From the IMG/VR virus record IMGVR_UViG_3300025732_000190, positions 1-30,121 of that record: a stretch of DNA of 30,121 nt; one strand, written 5' to 3'. The DNA comes from a virus. Taxonomy: Duplodnaviria; Caudoviricetes. Position 1 is the first letter of the stretch. Each line of letters opens with the position of its first letter. Positions 23,952 through 30,121 of this stretch are shown in pieces. The notes under the pieces were generated by a model, which had not been told where the DNA came from, made no database searches, and saw only the letters and a list, made by a program, of their open reading frames with translations. The translations under genes were made by a program, and so were the position numbers.

Positions 23952-26063
23952 CTAGAGTGTTTCTGTTGAGGGTGGAATAACTTCGGCTTGGAGTCCTTGC
24001 GCAGTAGGCTGACTATTAGCAGCCACTTCAGGCGAAGCCTGTCCAAGCATCGCAATAGCACTTTCTGGCATTGTTTCCATTTGTCTCTTAAATGTTCCTT
24101 GATCTTGAAGCTTTTCAATGAGCCAGTTGAGAGCATCATACGGTACACGCGCTCTGCGCGTTCTCTCAGGATTGACAGGATCTTGAATGAAGAAGTCCAC
24201 ACCAACCATCGCTCCACCATCAGGAATAAACCCAGATTGCGCACGAAGTGCAGCATCTCGTTGAGAACTTACAATATCAAGGTGCGCTGCGATATAGTCC
24301 TGATACATCTGTTGCATTTCAGGGGCCATGAATTGAAAGTCTGCTTGATTCATTCGCATGGTAGCCTTGTTGACAAGAAAGTCATGAGGCTGTGATTCAG
24401 TTACAATCGGCATCATCCCGCGATCAAGAGAAAGTAAATCGTTTGTTGCCATTGTTTCATTCATCGTTAAATCAGAAAATAAATCATCAACATTGGCGTA
24501 AGGAAGGCCCTTAATAAGCTTACCAATCATATTCTGATCCAAACTTGAACCAACATACTGTAAAGCGTGTTGAATAGTAAGAGTACGACCAAGCTTGGTT
24601 TCAACATCTTCTGATTGAGCTTCAATCACAATCTCAAGAGACTGATCGTTTGCACTCTTAAATTCAGGAATGTTGACCATCTCACTTCGACCAACAGAAA
24701 ATACAACCATATCATCTGGAATGTAGTATTTCGCCATTCTCAAATATGTCATGCAAACGCGTTTCAAGAATCCTTCAAACGGCTTGATGTAACGTAAAAA
24801 TTTCTTCTTCTGAGATGCAGCCCTAAAAAGCAACGTGTGCGGATCAAGATTGGCTTCAACATCTTCTTCTTCAATGTCAGCCAAATCATACATCTCACTT
24901 ACAGTGCTCTGTGCATAACCAACATATTGATCTCCTGATCTACCAGGAAGGACTGTGGGAGCTGGGCCAGAGACAGTAACAGCTCGAATTCCAGGAAGTG
25001 TAGCTCCAGCAGAAACCTTAGCTCCATTCTGCAAAATAAGCTTATCATCGCCCAGCGTGACTTGCGTTTCGGCAATCTTACTAATAGCCCTGTTGACCTC
25101 AAGCTGAGAATGTCTAAGAGGTTCAACAGCACTAATGCCACGACACTTAGTCTGAATGTACTCATATCGTTCGCAAACAATCGGGAAAATTCCTTCAGGA
25201 AGCTCTCCTTCATCTAAGATAACTCCGGCTGAATGAATGTAGTAATAGCCTTTCGGATATTCAGGGCTAGGCTTAAAGTACCACTCCTTAACAAGCACTT
25301 CATCTTTCTTGTTTCGTCTATACCCTTGGTTAATATCGAAAACCATAAATGGTTGCTCATAAGAACCGCCACCAATTTGATCTGCTTTATCAGGGAATAG
25401 TTGCTTTAAGTTATCAGTCTTAACTGACTTGCGAAGACAATAATAAGTGGAATCTTTTAACGCTTGAGCCGATGGATCTCGAAGCACGTTGAAAGCAAAA
25501 ATCTCTTCAAACTTAAGCTGCCCTTGATGAACTGGCTTAGTTTCATCAGCCACAGGCTGGCCCATTTCATCAACTGCGGGCTGACCATCTGGAGTCATCA
25601 ATGGCTCATGGCCAACAATCGGGCCAGCAGTTTCATCCCAATAAATCTTAGCCCACACTTCACCAATGCCAACAAAATCATCAGACCATTGACGAACTAG
25701 ATTGGAAAAATCATTTCTCTCTTTGCCATCAACCCAAATAGCTTGATGTAATTCTGCTGATTTCTGATCTTGAAGTTCTTGCCTATGTTTCGGGCCTACA
25801 GTGACAGATGGAGATGTGGCAACAATCATGTTGCTGATACGACGAATGATGCGACCAAGGTGGTTCTTCGTTAGCCTAATTCGCACGTTTTCTTGCAAGT
25901 CAATCGACTGCCTAATGCGCTGAAACTGAGATCCGCGCTTGTAGTAGTGATCTCCAGAAATCATGAGGAGTCCACTCCTCATTTTAGCGAAATCCTGCTT
26001 ATCGCACTCTTCTGATTCGGTGTAGAGTCTATCTAAATCCTTGGCTGAGTTAATCTTAATCAC
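23952..26063 (-). CDS. Portal protein (P22-like large portal), 703 aa
   Basis: After TerL; size; NHLGRII, GEVWAKIYWD, FPIV, GISAVEPLRHSQLEVNR and C-terminal Q/M/P-rich extension follow the podovirus portal pattern. Confidence 0.85.
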   Translation of the reverse strand: MIKINSAKDLDRLYTESEECDKQDFAKMRSGLLMISGDHYYKRGSQFQRIRQSIDLQENVRIRLTKNHLGRIIRRISNMIVATSPSVTVGPKHRQELQDQKSAELHQAIWVDGKERNDFSNLVRQWSDDFVGIGEVWAKIYWDETAGPIVGHEPLMTPDGQPAVDEMGQPVADETKPVHQGQLKFEEIFAFNVLRDPSAQALKDSTYYCLRKSVKTDNLKQLFPDKADQIGGGSYEQPFMVFDINQGYRRNKKDEVLVKEWYFKPSPEYPKGYYYIHSAGVILDEGELPEGIFPIVCERYEYIQTKCRGISAVEPLRHSQLEVNRAISKIAETQVTLGDDKLILQNGAKVSAGATLPGIRAVTVSGPAPTVLPGRSGDQYVGYAQSTVSEMYDLADIEEEDVEANLDPHTLLFRAASQKKKFLRYIKPFEGFLKRVCMTYLRMAKYYIPDDMVVFSVGRSEMVNIPEFKSANDQSLEIVIEAQSEDVETKLGRTLTIQHALQYVGSSLDQNMIGKLIKGLPYANVDDLFSDLTMNETMATNDLLSLDRGMMPIVTESQPHDFLVNKATMRMNQADFQFMAPEMQQMYQDYIAAHLDIVSSQRDAALRAQSGFIPDGGAMVGVDFFIQDPVNPERTRRARVPYDALNWLIEKLQDQGTFKRQMETMPESAIAMLGQASPEVAANSQPTAQGLQAEVIPPSTETL

Positions 26064-26332
26064 TCTTCATCCCCCATTGCATTGTTTTCAAATGCAAGAG
26101 GATCAGAGATAAGAAGTTCATCCTTAATCATTTCTTCGACCATCATTTCATCTTCCTTAGAAACAGGTCTATAGATGATTTCTTGTTGCTGAATCGTAGG
26201 CTCTTGCACCACGTCCATTGTATCCTTTTTTTCAGGAAACGTAATCTCAAGAGAGTCGAGCTTGAATCTCAAAACCCCTTCGGTAGAGCAAGTCTTAATA
26301 ACCTGAACTAATCCCCTAGCATCCCATTCCAA
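26060..26332 (-). CDS. Small acidic hypothetical protein between TerL and portal, 90 aa
   Basis: TTG start with GAGGGAG SD; GVLRFKLDSLEITF motif; stop overlaps the portal start. Confidence 0.65.
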   Translation of the reverse strand: MEWDARGLVQVIKTCSTEGVLRFKLDSLEITFPEKKDTMDVVQEPTIQQQEIIYRPVSKEDEMMVEEMIKDELLISDPLAFENNAMGDEE

Positions 26333-27924
26333 AATTCAAACTCTCCCTCTATTTCGTCTAATGAATCATTATTTTTCCACATTTTCAACGCGTCCCTGTT
26401 AGTTCTTGCCTCAAATGCAGAATAATATGTCGCGGCTTTCTTGGCTTGGTCTGCAGAGACAATCAAATAATCACCGTTATTTCCTGATCTCATATTAAAA
26501 GGTATCTTAATGCACGCATATCGTAGCGCATCAATCAAATCATCGGGGCAATATGCAGATGACGTAGACTTGACAGCGTTAAAAGATAAACTCTCAAACT
26601 CTTGAGCGATCTTATACCCCTCCAAGAACTGATCCGGCACACCATCCTTCTCAGATAACTCACTTGGAACATAGAATTTCAAGATTCCTGTCTTTAAAAG
26701 TGAAGAAACAATCGAATTTCCAGCATCTCTTGACTTATCTGCACGCAAAAACGGCAATCCACGACGTGCAGCCAAAGTACCTAAATCTGTCGCAGAAAAG
26801 TCATAATATGTAGCAGTAATGTCGTTTACCACCGTATTTTTCATCTCAACCCACTTATCAATGACATCTTCTGCTGTTGTTACGCGCTTATCACCACGCC
26901 ACATCCTAATGGCACGCGCTTGAGTGTAGTCTGGGTTGACCGCAACAAACACAATCGTTGATGGATGGCCCTTATCACCACCACTTCCAAAATCTATCCC
27001 AGAATATACTTCCCAGTTGCGCGGAATGTGATGATAACCAGCCAAATGCTTGTCTCGATCAAATTGAGGAAAGCGTAAACCGTCATCCTTCACAAACTTT
27101 CCATAAATACGACGCTGTACTTCAGCATTAGTCGTACACTGATCTATACGTTCCTTAATTCTCTCCTTACTCCACATCGTAGTTGTACCATCTGTGTACT
27201 TCATACAGTCAAAAAGAGAAATCTGCCTGACCCAAGCGTTAGGCCATACAGTGCGATCCTCAACAATCTTCTTCCAAAAGAGTTGCCCAGTTGTAGCTGT
27301 GAAGCCAAAAATCATATACCCTTGAGTTGCCGACACACGACTCTGAAGTTCTGGCACAAGTGCCTCATCAATTTCTTCATCACACGCAACAACAGCACAA
27401 GATCCAGCCTGAAGAAGCTCAGCTCCCTGTGCATACGTCTTAAAATAAATCGTAACTCCCTTGTGAATAAAATGAAGACTAGGCGGGAGCTTGTCTCTCT
27501 TACTATATTCCCAACCATATTCAGGATCATCTTGAGGAGGCAGAATCGGACGCCACTTATCGTGGAATTCCGAAATAGACATATCCCTTGTCGGATACAA
27601 GTACCACATCGTCGTTGGCTTGCGATTATTCTTATGCAACTCAGGCCAGAGTTCTGGCCAAAGCTCCTCGTTTGTAGCCCACTCAATCACCTTACGGGCC
27701 ATCGTAAGACTCTTGCCAATCTGGTTAGCAGCAGTCACACACTGAACACGCGCTCGACAATCAAACCATTCCTTCTGCCACGGAAAAAACTTCATTCCAT
27801 AACGATGCGGAAGTCGCTCACGCAGCGCAATCTCACGCTCAAGAGCCTCAAGCTTAGCAAGCTTCAGCTTCACAATCTCCTCATGAAGCCTACGCTTTTC
27901 TAATTCGTCATCAATGCTGCTCAA
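26308..27924 (-). CDS. terL: Terminase large subunit, 538 aa
   Basis: FFPWQ adenine-binding motif, Walker A AANQIGKS, Walker B VVACDEE, coupling motif FTAT, RNase H-like GIDFG and DDLIDALRYA. Confidence 0.95.
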   Translation of the reverse strand: MSSIDDELEKRRLHEEIVKLKLAKLEALEREIALRERLPHRYGMKFFPWQKEWFDCRARVQCVTAANQIGKSLTMARKVIEWATNEELWPELWPELHKNNRKPTTMWYLYPTRDMSISEFHDKWRPILPPQDDPEYGWEYSKRDKLPPSLHFIHKGVTIYFKTYAQGAELLQAGSCAVVACDEEIDEALVPELQSRVSATQGYMIFGFTATTGQLFWKKIVEDRTVWPNAWVRQISLFDCMKYTDGTTTMWSKERIKERIDQCTTNAEVQRRIYGKFVKDDGLRFPQFDRDKHLAGYHHIPRNWEVYSGIDFGSGGDKGHPSTIVFVAVNPDYTQARAIRMWRGDKRVTTAEDVIDKWVEMKNTVVNDITATYYDFSATDLGTLAARRGLPFLRADKSRDAGNSIVSSLLKTGILKFYVPSELSEKDGVPDQFLEGYKIAQEFESLSFNAVKSTSSAYCPDDLIDALRYACIKIPFNMRSGNNGDYLIVSADQAKKAATYYSAFEARTNRDALKMWKNNDSLDEIEGEFEFWNGMLGD

Positions 27925-28579
27925 GACGCAGCCGCTCCTCTAACTCTTTCAACTTCAAATCAATCTCAGATGACTTCGCGTGAAGCCCAAGTGCCTTTAC
28001 ATCTTTCGATGTTAAGTTCACAGACATCTGCTTAATTTCCTGCACAGTCCTCTGCGTCGGCATACCGTTCTTACGAATATCAAGAAACGCCACTGCTTTC
28101 ATAATAAGCTCAATTGCCTTATGGTCTATTCTGCCATCATCTGATTGCATCGGCAGATCAATGATCTGCTGAAGACGACGCAAGCCCCGAGCAAGAGCCT
28201 CGTCAACAAGCGAATCGTAGTGCGTTGGCGGTATTAAAACCCAAGCAAGCGAGTTCGGCATTGTCAGATGCTCGCGGAGCAAAATAGAAGGACTCCCTTT
28301 ACCAATAAACCCTTGAATACCTCGAAACGTCATATTGGTTAAACTGTTCTGAGCTGCATCGTACTCCTGCCAAAAAGCAGTTCTTACTTGATTCAAAAAT
28401 GGTGTAGGACGCACAATCGGCTCAAGGTGCGTTTCATCCATCGTAAGAAGCGATAATGGCATATCATCAAATGTCTCACGGCACTCGCGAGGCATGATGT
28501 TGTAAAGTGACCTCTTATCACTCTTGCTGTATGGGCCGCCCTCATGAAATAGTCTTAGTTCTTTTTCATCCAATTCCAT
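27911..28579 (-). CDS. Putative terminase small subunit, 222 aa
   Basis: Directly upstream of and overlapping TerL; helical; assigned on position only. Confidence 0.5.
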   Translation of the reverse strand: MELDEKELRLFHEGGPYSKSDKRSLYNIMPRECRETFDDMPLSLLTMDETHLEPIVRPTPFLNQVRTAFWQEYDAAQNSLTNMTFRGIQGFIGKGSPSILLREHLTMPNSLAWVLIPPTHYDSLVDEALARGLRRLQQIIDLPMQSDDGRIDHKAIELIMKAVAFLDIRKNGMPTQRTVQEIKQMSVNLTSKDVKALGLHAKSSEIDLKLKELEERLRLEQH

Positions 28580-29112
28580 ATCTTAACTGCAACATCCTCT
28601 AGGTGAGCGTTGGTTGTATCATAAATAAGATGAAATCGCGTTTCTTGATCCAGAGTTGTTTCAGATTCATGCGAATCGTTGGCCCACTTCTCAGCACGAT
28701 TACGCCTAGCCTCTTTTGATGCGTTAAGCCTGACTCGACACACTTCAAGAGATATGGGCATAAAAAGCTCGTTGTGAAATCGCACGTCATCTACAATGAC
28801 AATCGTATCCTTAATATCAAGAGCTAAATCAATACGGGGACGCATGATGTTGACCCAAAAGTCCTCTGACATCGCCTTCCTACCCCATTGCGTTCCAAGA
28901 AGCTGCAAAAGAACTCGATCTGGCTTTTCAGGCGTGCGAACTCCGTACTCTTGCAGCTTATGATAGATGGCATGGTGCAAGTCGTACAAAGGATCTGCAA
29001 ACTTCATCAATACTGGAATGTATTTCTCATCCTTGGCTAAGTGAGCAACTCGACGAGCTACTGTTGACTTACCAGCTCCTTGCGGGCCACTGATAAATAA
29101 AACTCTCTTCAT
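28555..29112 (-). CDS. Deoxynucleoside monophosphate kinase (T4 gp1-like), 185 aa
   Basis: P-loop GPQGAGKS, KFADPL, RVLLQLLGTQWGRK, DFWV, DDVRFHNE and HESE are the phage dNMP kinase motif set. Confidence 0.9.
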   Translation of the reverse strand: MKRVLFISGPQGAGKSTVARRVAHLAKDEKYIPVLMKFADPLYDLHHAIYHKLQEYGVRTPEKPDRVLLQLLGTQWGRKAMSEDFWVNIMRPRIDLALDIKDTIVIVDDVRFHNELFMPISLEVCRVRLNASKEARRNRAEKWANDSHESETTLDQETRFHLIYDTTNAHLEDVAVKIWNWMKKN

Positions 29113-29702
29113 AGCTCGATAGTAATGTCGTTTACCCCGCGTGGCAAGATGACCCCACGCACTTCAGAATGTTTAAACTCAATAATCTTCTCAGGATGCG
29201 AATGACCCATAATAACAATCCTAAGAGTCGGAAGCTCTCGCTTTCGCTCATCAATCCACTCAAGCAAGTTCTTATTGGGACGCACTTGGAAATATCTTCT
29301 TAAGCCATCAATTGCTGGTGAAATCACATTTCTCTTAAGCCATCCTGCACCCTGCTTACCTGACCTGTAAGTTGTCGCACGCTCAATACCCCACATTGGA
29401 ATATCACCGTGAGTGAGTAACACTGACTCCCAAAGCAAAAACTCATCGTGCGTCTTCAAAGCATTGCGCTCGTGATTACCCATAATGTACTGCCCTCCAT
29501 TGCGTTTCACATTATCTGAAAGAAGCATAGTCGCTTGCCTTGCTCGTTGCAAGTCAGCGGGGTGACAGTTGGCAATGTCAACAACATCACCAAGCAAATA
29601 CACTGGCCAAGGGGAAGATTGAATCGCAAACGAAATATCATCAAGCGTGTGCGTTGGATTAACGCCATAAAGATGAATGTCGTTGATGATTCTTAGTTTC
29701 AT
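29109..29702 (-). CDS. Calcineurin-like metallophosphoesterase, 197 aa
   Basis: DIH, GDVVD, GNHE, THGD and GHSH motifs in canonical order. Confidence 0.92.
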   Translation of the reverse strand: MKLRIINDIHLYGVNPTHTLDDISFAIQSSPWPVYLLGDVVDIANCHPADLQRARQATMLLSDNVKRNGGQYIMGNHERNALKTHDEFLLWESVLLTHGDIPMWGIERATTYRSGKQGAGWLKRNVISPAIDGLRRYFQVRPNKNLLEWIDERKRELPTLRIVIMGHSHPEKIIEFKHSEVRGVILPRGVNDITIEL

Positions 29703-29705
29703 ATT

Positions 29706-29933
29706 TCACCCATCTCCAGTTCCATCGCAATCGCCATAGCCATCGCCATCGCCATAGCCATAGCCAGAGCTATTGCCAGAGCCATAGCCAGAGCCATAGC
29801 CGGAGCCAGAGCCATAGCCATCGCCATAGCCGGAGCCAGAGCCATAGCCAGAGCCATAGCCATAGCCAGAGCTATTGCCAGAGCCATCGCCATTGCCAGA
29901 GCCATCGCCAGAGCCAAAATTTACGCTTTCCAC
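29706..29933 (-). CDS. Gly-X (X = S/Y/D/N) low-complexity protein, 75 aa
   Basis: GTG start 5 nt after the upstream stop; MESVNF then GSGDGSGNG...GTGDG. Confidence 0.7.
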   Translation of the reverse strand: MESVNFGSGDGSGNGDGSGNSSGYGYGSGYGSGSGYGDGYGSGSGYGSGYGSGNSSGYGYGDGDGYGDCDGTGDG

Positions 29934-30121
29934 GTTAATTACCCATTCCCAGTTCCACCGCCATCGTCAGAGCCATAGCCAGAGCCATCGCCAGAGCCTA
30001 AGCCAGAGCCAGAGCCATCGCCATCGCCAGAGCCAAAGCCAGAGCCATAGCCATCGCCATAGCCGGAGCCAGAGCCATAGCCAGAGCCATGGCCAAAACC
30101 ATAGCCATCGCCAGAGCCATC
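29720..30121. repeat. Degenerate hexamer array (GGC-NNT on - strand) with a 54-bp perfect repeat (29804-29857 = 30037-30090) and a 35-bp repeat (29751-29785 = 29853-29887)
   Basis: Read directly from the sequence. Confidence 0.9.
29939..30121 (-). CDS. Second Gly-X low-complexity protein, 5'-truncated by the window edge (not in ORF track)
   Basis: Hand translation: DGSGDGYGFGHGSGYGSGSGYGDGYGSGFGSGDGDGSGSGLGSGDGSGYGSDDGGGTGNG*, with TAA at 29941-29939. Confidence 0.7.
   Translation of the reverse strand, partial: DGSGDGYGFGHGSGYGSGSGYGDGYGSGFGSGDGDGSGSGLGSGDGSGYGSDDGGGTGNG

Larger units (their letters stand above)
1..30121. mobile_element. Tailed dsDNA phage genome segment, podovirus-like morphogenesis module (free phage or prophage cannot be distinguished)
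   Basis: TerL-portal-scaffold-major capsid synteny, nozzle/adaptor/ejection-type genes, endolysin and spanin-like genes; no tape measure, sheath or tube gene; near-complete coding density with many TAATG/ATGA overlaps; no host genes or att/integrase in window. Confidence 0.95.

Noticed and set aside
27283-27903. 206-aa + strand ORF
   Set aside because: Antisense shadow of terL; other short antisense or nested ORFs in the track were rejected on the same grounds.
29699-29917. MALAMALA... ORF whose stop overlaps the phosphoesterase ATG
   Set aside because: Alternate frame of the GGC-NNT repeat; the Gly frame has a unique N-terminus and a C-terminus shared with the upstream paralogue. Not strictly excluded.
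29720-30121. Possible CRISPR array
   Set aside because: Degenerate 6-bp coding units with no constant repeat/unique spacer structure.
1-30121. Alternative genetic code, tRNA genes or introns
   Set aside because: Long genes are intact under code 11 with TAA, TAG and TGA all used as stops; intergenic gaps are short and no cloverleaf or intron was recognised.

Overview
The whole window is a contiguous, gene-dense segment of a tailed dsDNA phage genome with podovirus-type (P22/T7-like, short-tail) virion architecture. No host genes, integrase, rRNA, tRNA or CRISPR array are visible. Bases 1-2259 (+ strand) are the end of an early/middle region: a truncated conserved protein, a YqaJ/lambda-type exonuclease, an HNH endonuclease and an HEXXH metallopeptidase. 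From 30121 down to 2229 (- strand) is one long, tightly coupled gene run: two Gly-X low-complexity paralogues, metallophosphoesterase, dNMP kinase, putative TerS, TerL, portal, scaffold, major capsid, a cluster of small decoration-like proteins and two long fibre-like proteins, a lysis block (SLT endolysin, overlapped spanin-like pair), a tail fibre with tandem C1q-like heads, a lipoprotein/unknown/TM triad, nozzle, adaptor and four ejection-type proteins. The lipoprotein and spanin-like genes imply a diderm (Gram-negative) host. Points not in the ORF track: a single-base frameshift joining two ORFs into one ~803-aa repeat protein, a missed 38-aa lipoprotein, a second Gly-X gene at the window edge sharing a 54-bp perfect repeat with its neighbour, RNA hairpins abutting the SD of the scaffold and post-capsid genes, and a near-consensus sigma70 promoter pointing antisense into the capsid gene. 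All functional calls rest on motif recognition and synteny only; no searches were run.
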